Below the pieces are notes generated by a model that made no database searches, was not told the origin of the DNA, and saw nothing but the letters and a program-made list of their open reading frames with translations. DNA of 60,343 nt from a virus (Duplodnaviria > Caudoviricetes): the IMG/VR virus record IMGVR_UViG_3300027813_000013, positions 1 to 60,343 of that record; one strand, written 5' to 3'. Each line of letters begins with the position of its first letter. Within the stretch, counting starts at the first letter, position 1. Position numbers and translations under genes: made by a program. Of this stretch, positions 29,401-38,744 are shown in pieces.

Positions 29401-30333
29401 TCCGTTATATTCTGATTCAGTGGTGCCCGATACGACTATGACATCACCAACAGATAAATTATGATCAGTCGTTGTTGTTATACTTACTGTTCCTGATCTG
29501 TTATCTTTTGTATTAATAGCAAATGTAACACCCGATGAAGCTATTGTTTTACCAACTTCAAAATAGGGCTTTGTTGATAATGTCAAATCAACTTTATATC
29601 TATTTGCTCCAGGAGCAGTATAATTAGGAGTTCCTATTGCATTATCTAAAAGTGAAGAATCTTCAATACTTGTAACAATAGATTCTGTAATTGATAAACC
29701 TATTCTTGTAGAAGGATTAATGTTTTTAGTATCTAAAATAATACTTTGAGGAGAAACATGTAAAAAATAACCACCAAGATAGAATAGTCCTTCATTGACA
29801 CTAACTACAGAACCGACACCTGAAGCCAAAGATGTGGCAGTAGTTGATCCAGTTAGTCCGTCCGCTTCTCCTGCCACGGTCGCAAAAATTGTTGTTCCTG
29901 CATCAATCGTATTAATTGTTTCATCATCTAAAAATTTAGTATCATCAATATAATTAACCATCAAAGTGTCTAGAGATGTGGTCGAAAATTTTTGAGATGT
30001 TACAACTTCTGCTTTTGCTCCAGATGTTTGACCTTGAACTGTTCTTCCATTAAATAGAGATGAAACGATTGCGACATCTGAATATGTTGGTTTTAATTGT
30101 AAAGAACTAATCTTATTATTTAAGACTAATTCTGCACCCAAAACTCTAGAACCGTCTTGATAAAGAGTGTCTCCTGTTTTTTCTAATTGATTTTGAAGAA
30201 TAGATTGTATTTGATTTAATTCTCTCGCCTGAACCGAATATCCGGGTCGATATAGGACTTTATGAAAATTATTCTCTTCATTGAAATCATCATAATATGG
30301 CGATATGTTAAAATCTTGTGTTAATTTAGGCAT
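23416..30333 (-). CDS. Giant virion structural protein, VrlC/DUF4815-like
   Basis: FNISPYYDDF..FHKVLYRPGYSVQARELNQIQSILQNQ, NYTAPGANRYK, ARRTFDASGDF, NKRFTMRDVGKLERR..LEYY.SLSLLE, RFKNGILVDPF, PMAQTF. Confidence 0.85.
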   Translation of the reverse strand: MPKLTQDFNISPYYDDFNEENNFHKVLYRPGYSVQARELNQIQSILQNQLEKTGDTLYQDGSRVLGAELVLNNKISSLQLKPTYSDVAIVSSLFNGRTVQGQTSGAKAEVVTSQKFSTTSLDTLMVNYIDDTKFLDDETINTIDAGTTIFATVAGEADGLTGSTTATSLASGVGSVVSVNEGLFYLGGYFLHVSPQSIILDTKNINPSTRIGLSITESIVTSIEDSSLLDNAIGTPNYTAPGANRYKVDLTLSTKPYFEVGKTIASSGVTFAINTKDNRSGTVSITTTTDHNLSVGDVIVVSGTTESEYNGKFTVSVIGSTTEFNYLIQGSPSTPASGTPEYLTGIVDPIARSSDTDFIELLRLENGEKIEEIKFPILGNVEKILARRTFDASGDFTVRPFLLDVIDHKIGGTAGDRTSANTSATVTANGANFIADVNVGDTIFFSSNTSKTAEVTSIGNTTALTLTTGTALGDGSTNQRIGVSTKITAELSPGKAYIKGFEHETLFPTYLNLNKARDTESVTAEKQGVEFGPYAVVTDVISNTAFTLGVNSASINSSSGGTGADLMDLHIVKWPSTTQLHGTVTEANKITYTANTLSIKFVGVDNTSAASIANTKIGTVRLRQLDFKAGRSSTVNSEYGGGADANGTYHVKFPAIYDAHLFDFRFNKVEGTVASAITANNTLINLVESGAASFPTVNCLYGSSITVNTSYLGVNTSDTRKIISWSGANTGTTPMGYDIDADATLESSNYTALLESALTQPTQATSTYSINFGVKDISSIISTASGTDFDKAMNIDISGRSDVTDTGNTVLYDNTEDQRSLLFPFQNKTLASLSKANYKFKRGFTALLSGTGTTTLSAPNSDELFYPATGAGAISASTIDANYLVFCNEAGVGTSQGDYLEFSNTSGSSIADGRSMTLNATGDQVDIVTSGNTTIPAASYAGKNIYVYATMLYKATDGANTSNGGLGKKTLVTGNTTVANVVTASSNTIQADSGQIHLGIDMNTEPGITNSLEIADIKKLVGIVSSLSDTKEVTNAMILEAMSNTANAHNITSSFIFDNGQRDNYYDYGTITLKTGELKPTGQVVAIVDYYNHTGRGPFIVDSYTFSGSGNTSYDDIPTYTSPTTGTKVELRDMIDFRPKRLGFETANTDTYSYTNDITITSNVFNEKAMPDYDYTFDTDYQYYVSRKDKIVLNRDKTFDVIEGISDKFSQLPPDDDDAMTLYNLEIPAYTFKSDDVKVNYVENKRFTMRDVGKLERRLENLEYYVSLSLLEKEADGLIITDANNNDRFKNGILVDPFAGHSVGDVFDDDYAMSIDFDKRHLRPTFSSDLHPLNFNANSDGGTAFSTLENNSGILTLPFASNTFIQMPLTGSNDGKNVQRVFQINPFSVQNYIGQMKLDPYGDMWYDQSSQVQVKVNVEGQYDNWASESLTNKGHGTHWNDWEEIWSGSQVNNDVKEGIRNIGDTKNNDRRAKTTNQTKTLTGLSSGSVPEKIVKSIGNKTVNLSVVPKVREQSITFVAKGLKPNKNLYTYFSDSNMSSNVKQASVVSLSNVSTSNVFRTTAGNFEQVSIQGSGASAGNTAKIIYMSDRNIQNTCTVLLTDMSAQTAFTVGSVIQGDDTKANGSITAIVNYNFEDSYLTVSSEGVVGGVFNVPPDKFTGGQNIFRVTDDPDNIPAVTTSVAEEVFHSSGVLDSKNELGLVSPRPLISRRENIKEERVTRSTSDGRQSKSTDYMNPMAQTFFIDKNQYPTGLFVDSVTLFFNEKSASVGNRSPVNVQLRPIINGMPSTSLIIPGSEVILTPGKITANTSTPVANTSGGFPAGFLGNSYSANKNDTDKGTRTMFKFDHPIFLAPDEYAICVTTNSSAYKLYGFEYGAYHTGTSKKITKQPYVGSFFKPTNVGAWNEVLDQGLMFQLDRCEFISSNAYVRLDNSDVSSGNASSNTTIDTFKVVTEIINFANTYTSFNYYATDLAGSTKGSLVKFKENKNIDFKKQKQITYPQAANNSFTINAYFETANTLISPVLDEQRTGIITIENLINNGSLSNSDIVVSNFGTGYFGAEVGNTTSNVASEGNTSVFVVSAPDIGANTATIAANVHANGIINQVSVKHGGSGYISTPTITNWDVGGSVSVSDNVRMTTTAVISVVGEGANSTVNVQTTNVASFSSGGNLTSRYISRRVTLEENFDATDLKIYMDAYKPRGSNIHVYYKVLSSDDSEPFDEKAWYLMEQQTASTTYSLNEDDFKRFEFKTIDEKITYLAGTGAKYDQFRTFSIKLVMTLDRVAQDSFIGIPKIVSLRAIALDSEGTP

Positions 30334-30336
30334 CCG

Positions 30337-32118
30337 TTAAAACTCCAATACAATCTTAAAATCTTCTACTTGATTCTGTAGTCTAGTAATTTTGGCTCTA
30401 TTTTCAATATAAAGTATATCTCCACTATAAGGTTTCATTCCTGGTTGACTGATACCATTTGCAGAGATTGTTCCGGTCGAGCTTGTATTTGCACCAGTCA
30501 CAACAGTACTATCCACAAAACTACCTTTTACTTCATTTATTCTTAATGTATTATTATTTAGAAAATCAACAACAACACCATTAGCAGTACTATTTTCTAA
30601 AGATGTTCCTGTATAAACTTTTTCGTCTGATTGAAAAGATCCTGCAACAGATCCCACCTTTAAAGTTGTAGATTGATCGGTTAACGAATCTGTAAAAAAT
30701 GCAAGATTATTTGCAGATTGTAGGGGATCTCTCAATAAACCCACTTGTCTAAAGTCATTAGATGTTGTAAATTTTCCCGATTCATTTCCAGAAATACGAG
30801 TATCAACCAAAACCCTATTTCCTCCCAATTCCTCAATAGCATTCTTTCCGTGTCCTCCAACTGGTCCAATAATAACTGTAGAAGTTGCCCCTGTTCCGTG
30901 AGTTGTGTTAGCAATAATGGACGATTCAGCTACCGTGAAGTTTGATCCTTGTGCTGATACAACTATTTCTGTTACTCCATGGGTAGCATTTCCTCTTGCT
31001 CTTCCCTTAAAACCAGATCCATCTCCATTTATAGTAATTGATGGAGTTACTTCATAACCAGAAACCGTATTCGGTGTAACCGTAAAAGCAGGAGAAACAG
31101 TTATTCTCTGAAGCAATGCATCATATTGGGTGATCGTAGTTTGTTCACCCTGCCCCGCATTATTTACAACAAAAACAGTTGAATTTACATATAAATCATC
31201 TGCACTAGTATTTGCACCCGATGATAATTGCATTACAGTAGAATTAGATACACTTGCAAAAAATCCAGTATCAAATTTATATGTTGATACGGATTCTGTA
31301 GAAATTGTTGCTCTTGAATTAGATGTTTGTCCTAAAATAACTTCACCACTGACGAATTTTGTATTTCCTGTACTAGAGCCATAAGTTAAACTATTTGCCG
31401 CAGAAACAAAACTAACAATAGTTCCATATTGATTCGATGTTTGACCATACACAATCTCACCAGTAATAAAATCTTGATCATCACCAACAGAATTTTTTGG
31501 ACCTGCAGTAAATTCAGCTTTAAAATCTCCATTTGCAGTTTTATTAATAATATCTATTTGTCCATCTATAGTAGCATCTTCAACTGCAATTTGCCTAGAA
31601 TCTACGCTTTTTTGTACAGGAATATATTCAGATGTTACAAATTTTAAAGTATCTTGAGATGTAACCGTATACATGTACTTCCACTTATATCCATCAGCAA
31701 TCTCAATAACTGCTGTACCTGAACCAGTTGGCTGAATAGTTGAAGTACCATTTGATAAATTATTTTGTAAACATTTATATACATTTAAATCTTCTGTAGT
31801 AACATAAAAACTATTTGACAACTGATCTGGATTTGTATGAGTATAAGCAGTATATGCAGTATTTGATTCCCAGTTAGTTCTTGTAATAACATGTTTAACA
31901 TCTGCAGGAGTAACTTTTTTTGCGGCAATTATCTGATCCCAATAACTATATAAAGTATTTGCTACAGCTTCGTTAGGAGCAGGTGGAGCATCTTCATCAT
32001 CCCATTCTTGAACTTTTCCTATAAACAAATATAAATTTGTTGCTGAAGTTTCTTCAAGAGATTCAATGAATTGTTCTGCATTGTGTATTTTAAATTTTGT
32101 CGTTACTAATTTAGCCAT
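30337..32118 (-). CDS. gp8: Baseplate wedge subunit
   Basis: FYV.TEDLNVYKCLQN, DGYKWKYMY, GGHG.NA.EELGG, NDFRQVGLLRDP, YSGDILYIENR..ITR..Q.EDFKIVLEF. Confidence 0.92.
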   Translation of the reverse strand: MAKLVTTKFKIHNAEQFIESLEETSATNLYLFIGKVQEWDDEDAPPAPNEAVANTLYSYWDQIIAAKKVTPADVKHVITRTNWESNTAYTAYTHTNPDQLSNSFYVTTEDLNVYKCLQNNLSNGTSTIQPTGSGTAVIEIADGYKWKYMYTVTSQDTLKFVTSEYIPVQKSVDSRQIAVEDATIDGQIDIINKTANGDFKAEFTAGPKNSVGDDQDFITGEIVYGQTSNQYGTIVSFVSAANSLTYGSSTGNTKFVSGEVILGQTSNSRATISTESVSTYKFDTGFFASVSNSTVMQLSSGANTSADDLYVNSTVFVVNNAGQGEQTTITQYDALLQRITVSPAFTVTPNTVSGYEVTPSITINGDGSGFKGRARGNATHGVTEIVVSAQGSNFTVAESSIIANTTHGTGATSTVIIGPVGGHGKNAIEELGGNRVLVDTRISGNESGKFTTSNDFRQVGLLRDPLQSANNLAFFTDSLTDQSTTLKVGSVAGSFQSDEKVYTGTSLENSTANGVVVDFLNNNTLRINEVKGSFVDSTVVTGANTSSTGTISANGISQPGMKPYSGDILYIENRAKITRLQNQVEDFKIVLEF

Positions 32119-32123
32119 ATCTT

Positions 32124-32130
32124 TATTTAT
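32124..32130 (-). promoter_or_regulatory. Late promoter for gp8
   Basis: ATAAATA 5 nt before the ATG at 32118; no SD. Confidence 0.65.
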
Positions 32131-32145
32131 GCCAATAAAAAATTT

Positions 32146-35100
32146 TTATGTTTGTATATATTTAGGTGTTTGATTATCAAATGATGATAGTGTTTCAAAT
32201 TTAAAACTGCCTTCGGTTGATGTATTTCCAAGATATCCTGCATTAGCAGTACCTATTCCATCTTCAAGAAGCAACAATCCTGTCGCTATTGAACTGATTG
32301 ATATGTTCATGAAATTGTTTGAACCATCATAAGGATTTGATAAAGATATAGTAGTTGCATTTCTTTCTAAATCAAAATTTCTTAATGTATGTGAAGTTAT
32401 AGTTTGACCAGTTGATCCATTACCTATTGCTATATTTAAGTTTAAGGTTTGATCAGTTATTGATAAAATTTTTGCTTTAAGTAGCGGATCAGAAGATAAT
32501 GTAATAACATCATTTACTAATAAATCTTCACCAAAAAAAGAACTCGTTCCCACTAAATTAGTATTTCCTGACAGTATACCATTTACATTAGTTGTTCCTC
32601 TTACTGTTGATTCAAGCAAATTATAAAACTGTATATCATCATTATCAAACTTGGATGAACTGGGATCAACCATATTCTGAATAAAGTTATCATTATCTTC
32701 CATAATAAAACTTCCTGGATACCCTTCTGAACTATTCTCTAAAATCATATTAAAAGAAGTATCCGTACTTATTGCAGTATTTCCTATCAAACATGTCGAA
32801 TTAATTACTTCAATAATTTTTGTATTTTGTGAAGTTGATATTGTTTTAATTCTATCATTTATTCTAAAATCTTCTTGAAAATCTGTTGCAATTCCAAATA
32901 TTACATTTGATTTTACATATTGAAATTCCGCAGTTGTAACTGATTCATTATTTTGATATATACTATCTTCTAACGCTAAAACTAATCCATATCCTTCTTC
33001 TAATGCTAAATCTCCTGTCAAATCTGCAGAGCCACTTATCCTGCCAAGCTCATCGTAAATAGTTTGATGGCCGCCCTCTAAAATCATATTATATGTGTTT
33101 ATATTAATTACTGAGGTGTTTCCGATTATAGAATTTGCATTACTTGAAACATCAAACTGACCATTACATGAATGCAAAATTAATATATTATTATTTGAAT
33201 CATCCAATTCATGTCTAAGAACAACACCAGTTACTTTTTCGTTTGTCGTAGCATTCATTTGTGTAACTACAGTATTTGCAACAAAATTAGCACTAGCACT
33301 AAAATCATTTGGTACAGTTGAAGTCTTAGGATAAGTATCACCTAAACCTATAATAGAAATAACATTTGATGAGGATGATGCTATTGTACCTGCTAAATAA
33401 TTTTCTAATCTCAATTCACCATAAGAAACTTCAAAAGATTGTTCATTGTCAATTATTACATGATCTCCTTCAGAATATGTTAATCTAAAATTTGTAGATA
33501 CTCCTTGTAATATATTAGAATTACCTGTTAAGGAAACGGATCCTGAAGATAGATTTTGATTGTTATTAAATATTACATTATGTCTTGGATCGGAAAAATC
33601 TTCTAACAATATATCATCAGCATCATCTTCTTTTATTGCAGAATCTCCTCCTTCAAATTGTAATTTACTATCAAATCCAACATTCAATTCAACAGCATCG
33701 GGCGTAAATTCTCCAAAAAGTTTTGTTCCTGTAGGGTGTAATAAGTTAAAAACAACCTCTTGATATTCATTGAGTTGTTTATTTGCAATTAAAGAATAAG
33801 AATAATCTTGATAAAAATCACTATCAATAAGTTTTTTATTGGAACTGGGTTGTCCGTTTTCATCAAGATATAGTCCTGTCTCAACCCTCATTGCACTAAT
33901 TTTTGCTATTAAATTTGCGTTTTCTGATCCGAGACCAGGCAATGTTATCACAGGAGCAGAAGTAAATCCAACTCCTGGATCTTGAATTTCAATTGATTTA
34001 ATAGAGCCAGTACCAACATCTGCGGCAGAAACCCCTATAGATGCATTATTTCCCAACTCGCCTCCAGCAGAAAAAGCAACACCAGTATTTACAGTTGCAA
34101 AAGCGGCCGAATTAGCGCCAGTAATAACTTCATTTGAAACAAAATCAATAGTGGAAAAAGCATATTCATCATCAGTAGTATGCCCAAAAGGTAATGTAAA
34201 TTTTACAGAAATATCTTCATTATATAATATAGTTCCTGTAGCAGGAGTTGTAAGGGAACCCCCTACGGTATATGAAAAAGAAGTTGTACTTGCTACCGTA
34301 ATTGTTGCAGTTCCATTGTAACCAGCAGGACTTGCTCCTGTTATAGCAACTATTTGCCCATCTTCTAATCCGTGTTTTCCATATGTGGTTGCAGTTGCAG
34401 TTGTGCTGGTTCTAGTAAGTGATGTAATACCAAAACTTAATGTTTGATAACCACCAGTCACAGTTACGCCAGTAGAAGTGGGATACCAATCACATGCTGA
34501 AGTATTGTTTGAACTATTAAAAAGTTCTCTTGCATCAATTCCTCGTCTATATTTTATCGTATTAACAGAAGCAGAACCACCAGTAACAAATTGTAAATGA
34601 TATACTGATGGATTTGAGACTGCCAAATAAGTAGAATTATTTACAAGCAGATCATTTCTTTGTGCAATTGGAATTTTTTGAGTTACATTTTCATCTAAAA
34701 ATTTTATAGTCTTTACTCTTATTCTAGTAGGATTTTTAATCTCACTTTCGTATGATGTGAACACATCACCAAAAAATGTTCCTATTTTATTTCCATTATT
34801 TGAAGTAATCTTTTCTCCTGCATCAAAAAAGCCTGTAATCGCATTTGTTGTAGCAAGTCCATCGGGGTCTGCATTTAAGTTCAAAATTTGAATAGATGAT
34901 TCAACAAAATCTCCAGTTGTTATCTCTTCAACTGAGATTTGAGGAATTGCCTCATAACCAGAGCCAGATCCAGTTGTTTGTATAGAACCAATAGATCCTG
35001 CATCTAGTTTAGAAAATCCTAATGTATCAATTAATCTGTCCTCACTATTTGCTGTCACATCTCCACTCAATTCATATGCTAAGTCGTTGAATACAGTTGC

Positions 35101-36369
35101 ACTATAATTTCCTATTATATCTTCATTTTTCGAAAACGTAAAAGAATCAATTACATCTTTAATTTTTCCAGTAAACCCAGTCCCAAATGTAGCAAAATTA
35201 TTTACATCTAACGATTTATTTTCAACATATCCGTCCCCTCCATCAAATACAGTAAAATCAGTTAATGTGCCTTGACCAACACTTGTTACTTTTGCTTTTG
35301 CTTCAACACCGCCTCCACCAGTAAACGTAAGTTTATCATCTATTTTATAGTTAGAACCTGCTGAAGAAATAACAACATCGGATAACAATCCCTGTGAAAT
35401 ACCATTACCAAATACCCCATCAACATCATTTGAAGAAACGGATTCACCTACAATAAATGTTCCAATAATATTTGTTAAAAATAGTTCTGTTACATTAAAA
35501 ACTCCAGCCGCAAATTTTTCAATACGATTTACAATTCCAGTTGCACCTGATTGCATCCCTTTAATAGAATGGCTTTCAAATGATGCTATAGAATCTGAAG
35601 TAATAACTCTGATAGATTGATCTTGTTGCCAATTCCCCGAAGAAAGTTTAAGTAAATCTATTTTTGGAGTATAAAAAATAAGATTTTGTATATCATACAA
35701 TGATTTAAATAAAAAATCATATGAAGAACTTGTTCCTTTTGCTCTGTAAATATCTGATATATGTTTTATTAAAAGCGACTTATCTGCACTTAAAGTCATT
35801 GGAATATTTACTAAAAATTCTTTAGTAAAATGATCCAGCATAGATGATGTAGTACTATCGATATCCCTTGATTTTAATAATGTTCTTGATGCAAAAAGGG
35901 GATTTTTTTGAAAATTAACTACAGTACCAAGTGTACGATTATTTGTGCCTTTTATTATTTCGCCTACTTCAAAATCTGTTTTTGTTACTCCAGTTACATA
36001 AATTTTACTTGATGCTGTATTTGTATTTCTATCAACCGTTCCAGTCGCACCCGAACTTAAACCCGTTATTGTTTCGTTTAAGTCATAAGCACTTAAATCG
36101 GTTCTCCCCCCCTCAACTAATAAATCATCAGTTGTTTCTAAAACAAAATTCCCCTGTTCACTTTCTAAAATAAAATGAAATTCATCTTGAACCACAGTTG
36201 AAATAGTTAATTCATGTGATTCCATCCACTTATAATAAAATTTTAAAAATTCAGAAAAATTTGTTCCTTCATCTTTAACAAAATCAGGTAATTGACTATC
36301 AATTAAATTTGATATTTTACCTACTAATTTTATATTATTTTCGTCTTTTAAGAAATCGTATTCTGACAT
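32146..36369 (-). CDS. gp7: Baseplate wedge subunit (gp7-like)
   Basis: QLPDFV..F.EFLKFYYKWME, IYRAKGT..SY.FLF, DSDFYQDYSY, LLHPTGTKLFGE. Lies between gp6 and gp8. Confidence 0.8.
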   Translation of the reverse strand: MSEYDFLKDENNIKLVGKISNLIDSQLPDFVKDEGTNFSEFLKFYYKWMESHELTISTVVQDEFHFILESEQGNFVLETTDDLLVEGGRTDLSAYDLNETITGLSSGATGTVDRNTNTASSKIYVTGVTKTDFEVGEIIKGTNNRTLGTVVNFQKNPLFASRTLLKSRDIDSTTSSMLDHFTKEFLVNIPMTLSADKSLLIKHISDIYRAKGTSSSYDFLFKSLYDIQNLIFYTPKIDLLKLSSGNWQQDQSIRVITSDSIASFESHSIKGMQSGATGIVNRIEKFAAGVFNVTELFLTNIIGTFIVGESVSSNDVDGVFGNGISQGLLSDVVISSAGSNYKIDDKLTFTGGGGVEAKAKVTSVGQGTLTDFTVFDGGDGYVENKSLDVNNFATFGTGFTGKIKDVIDSFTFSKNEDIIGNYSATVFNDLAYELSGDVTANSEDRLIDTLGFSKLDAGSIGSIQTTGSGSGYEAIPQISVEEITTGDFVESSIQILNLNADPDGLATTNAITGFFDAGEKITSNNGNKIGTFFGDVFTSYESEIKNPTRIRVKTIKFLDENVTQKIPIAQRNDLLVNNSTYLAVSNPSVYHLQFVTGGSASVNTIKYRRGIDARELFNSSNNTSACDWYPTSTGVTVTGGYQTLSFGITSLTRTSTTATATTYGKHGLEDGQIVAITGASPAGYNGTATITVASTTSFSYTVGGSLTTPATGTILYNEDISVKFTLPFGHTTDDEYAFSTIDFVSNEVITGANSAAFATVNTGVAFSAGGELGNNASIGVSAADVGTGSIKSIEIQDPGVGFTSAPVITLPGLGSENANLIAKISAMRVETGLYLDENGQPSSNKKLIDSDFYQDYSYSLIANKQLNEYQEVVFNLLHPTGTKLFGEFTPDAVELNVGFDSKLQFEGGDSAIKEDDADDILLEDFSDPRHNVIFNNNQNLSSGSVSLTGNSNILQGVSTNFRLTYSEGDHVIIDNEQSFEVSYGELRLENYLAGTIASSSSNVISIIGLGDTYPKTSTVPNDFSASANFVANTVVTQMNATTNEKVTGVVLRHELDDSNNNILILHSCNGQFDVSSNANSIIGNTSVININTYNMILEGGHQTIYDELGRISGSADLTGDLALEEGYGLVLALEDSIYQNNESVTTAEFQYVKSNVIFGIATDFQEDFRINDRIKTISTSQNTKIIEVINSTCLIGNTAISTDTSFNMILENSSEGYPGSFIMEDNDNFIQNMVDPSSSKFDNDDIQFYNLLESTVRGTTNVNGILSGNTNLVGTSSFFGEDLLVNDVITLSSDPLLKAKILSITDQTLNLNIAIGNGSTGQTITSHTLRNFDLERNATTISLSNPYDGSNNFMNISISSIATGLLLLEDGIGTANAGYLGNTSTEGSFKFETLSSFDNQTPKYIQT

Positions 36370-36370
36370 A

Positions 36371-38236
36371 TTAATAATTTACTGCCGTTGTTTGAGATGT
36401 TGTAGTTTCTGTTGTTGTGATTTGAGTTTGTTTATTAACTATAGAAGTATCATTCATTTTCAAATTAATATCTTTTTCTTCAATTGTTATTAATTGTTCT
36501 CTCAAAGATAAAACATCACCTAAAACAGGTATAATTGTTATGCTAATCTCAGTACCGGCATATGAAGAAGGATCAAAAGAATTTAATACTACTCTTCCGG
36601 TTATATAATCAATAGTGCCAATTTTATCTCTAACGGAAAATTCGACTCCTTCATTATCTGTTCTATAAATTTTTAACAAACCATTATGATCTTTTATTTT
36701 ACAATTTTCTCTTAAAGTATTTTGTTCATCCAATATAGAAAATACAGTAGAAGACAAGGTAGCGGCATGACCCGAATGGGGATGACTAATCGCATTATTG
36801 AATTTTAAAATATATGATAATTTCGTATTTAATACTGGTTCAATTGTTTTTTTCAATCTAATAGCACTATCATCACCTAAAATAGAAGAATCTGTATTAT
36901 CAATTTTTGTTTGTAACTTTGACAATCTAAATGTTTGTTCAAATTTGTAAAGGTCTTCGGCAACATATGTATTAATAGAACTTATAATACTGCTTCTTAA
37001 TGCTTGTGAAGTTTTTACCGTTTTTCGTGAATCAAAATTAACAGTTGATGACAATAAAACATAAACATAATCGATATCAACAAATTCAGGTGTTATAGAT
37101 GCAACATTATATTTTTTAAGAATATTGTCTTTAATATTTGTTTTTACTGAGTCTGTTAAATAAAGTCCCGATTTAGGTTTTATACCTATAAAAACTTTTC
37201 CATATTCTGGAGGATCTGCCTCTTCTCCTCCATATACAACTATTGATTCTGCTAAAGGATAATCTCTTAATACTATTCTTTTATAATCATCTGTTGTTAC
37301 TGCTCGATTTTGTGTATTATAATGTCTAGGAGCATTAAATCTTATAGAATTAATAGATTCTTCATCTGAACCTCCTTCTGCTTTATCATTAGTTACAAGT
37401 GTAACTGTTGAATATCCTCCAGCAGTTGTTGCAACTGCAAAATTATTTGCACCATTTCCTAAAACACCAGAACAAATATTATAATCAATAATAACAATGT
37501 TACCATTTTTTAATTTTCTTCCTAAAACTCCATCTCCAAATTTTATTTCTGTTAAAAAATCTGTACCTTCTTCTATAAAAAACACATTTGATGTTGAACT
37601 AACTTCAAGCAAATCAGTTGCCTGAGTATAAGGCGATATTTCTGTAATAGAAGAATTTTCTTTAATAGAAACTGTAATTGTTGAATGATCAACTCCTCTA
37701 TTAGGAACCGTAAATTTTTGTGAAGAATCTTTCGTATTGGCAGTATAGCTAAAAGTTAAGGGATCTCCTTCAATCAATGAAACATTTTGAACAGTAACAG
37801 TTGCATTATCAGAATTTGCAGTTGTCGAATATGATTGGTCCGCAACAAAAGTATAATTAATACCGTCTATAGCAGAACTAAATTTTGTATTTTTTGCTAT
37901 AGTAATATTTGCAGGAGCATCATTAGGAGTTATTGATATATTTACATTTGCTTTTGCACCTGTTCTTGATTTTGGAACATATCCTAACAATTTAGACAAA
38001 GATATCATGGCATTTCTAGTAGTGGCAGAATCAATAAACATTTCATTTGCGACCATATTCAAATAAAAAGCATTATAATGAGTATTATATGCTAAAATAT
38101 CTAATAAATGAGAAATGGTAGAACCTTCTAAATTATAATCTCTAAAGACATCTTGTTCTTTAAGAAAACTTTTAAAATTATTTTTTATTTGATCAAAATC
38201 TAATTCTGAAACTCTTAATTTACTAGCTTCCGCCAT
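36371..38236 (-). CDS. gp6: Baseplate wedge subunit
   Basis: ELDFDQIK..DYNLEGS..LLDILAYNTHYNAFY.NM.ANEMFIDSA, FGDGVLG, QNRAVT..DY, GGEEADPPEYGKVFI. Confidence 0.97.
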   Translation of the reverse strand: MAEASKLRVSELDFDQIKNNFKSFLKEQDVFRDYNLEGSTISHLLDILAYNTHYNAFYLNMVANEMFIDSATTRNAMISLSKLLGYVPKSRTGAKANVNISITPNDAPANITIAKNTKFSSAIDGINYTFVADQSYSTTANSDNATVTVQNVSLIEGDPLTFSYTANTKDSSQKFTVPNRGVDHSTITVSIKENSSITEISPYTQATDLLEVSSTSNVFFIEEGTDFLTEIKFGDGVLGRKLKNGNIVIIDYNICSGVLGNGANNFAVATTAGGYSTVTLVTNDKAEGGSDEESINSIRFNAPRHYNTQNRAVTTDDYKRIVLRDYPLAESIVVYGGEEADPPEYGKVFIGIKPKSGLYLTDSVKTNIKDNILKKYNVASITPEFVDIDYVYVLLSSTVNFDSRKTVKTSQALRSSIISSINTYVAEDLYKFEQTFRLSKLQTKIDNTDSSILGDDSAIRLKKTIEPVLNTKLSYILKFNNAISHPHSGHAATLSSTVFSILDEQNTLRENCKIKDHNGLLKIYRTDNEGVEFSVRDKIGTIDYITGRVVLNSFDPSSYAGTEISITIIPVLGDVLSLREQLITIEEKDINLKMNDTSIVNKQTQITTTETTTSQTTAVNY

Positions 38237-38722
38237 TTAAGTACCTCTTGTTGTTTCTAAAAATGTAGTAAATGTAACCGGCTCAGTCTCATTTACTACT
38301 GAAAAAATTATCTTAATTCGATAACCCGCACCGTTTCTTTCACTATCAACGACTACATTTAATATATTCGCTCTTGGTTCAAAATTTGCAACTACAGTTC
38401 TAATCTCATCTTCAATTAATTGTTCAGTAATTATGTCATTTGGTTCAAATAATAAGTCCGATATATTTGAACCAACACCAGGTTGAAACGGTCTTTCAAA
38501 CTTTTTAGTTAAAATTAATTGCCTTAAAGCACTTTTTACTGCATTGCTTCCCGTTTTTAAGGCAATATCTCCTGTATTAGGATTGCTCAAAAATTGAATA
38601 CTTAAATCTTTGGGCTGATGCATTAGAGATATTGCATGCCGTTGTGCATCTTTTTCCGAGAAACTTTGATAAAATTCAGAATCTGGAAAAGTGTAATCTT
38701 CTTGTGTTGAATTTGTAGCCAT
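38237..38722 (-). CDS. gp25: Baseplate wedge / sheath initiator; start re-assigned to ATG 38722
   Basis: DL..F..NP.TGDI..AVK.AL..LILT..FERPFQP..GS....LLFE, I...VANFEPR. The ORF-track start (38827) overlaps the upstream gene. Confidence 0.9.
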   Translation of the reverse strand: MATNSTQEDYTFPDSEFYQSFSEKDAQRHAISLMHQPKDLSIQFLSNPNTGDIALKTGSNAVKSALRQLILTKKFERPFQPGVGSNISDLLFEPNDIITEQLIEDEIRTVVANFEPRANILNVVVDSERNGAGYRIKIIFSVVNETEPVTFTTFLETTRGT

Positions 38723-38727
38723 ATGTT

Positions 38728-38734
38728 TATTTAG
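38728..38734 (-). promoter_or_regulatory. Late promoter variant for gp25-gp6-gp7
   Basis: CTAAATA 5 nt before the ATG at 38722. Confidence 0.6.
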
Positions 38735-38744
38735 TCTAATTTCC

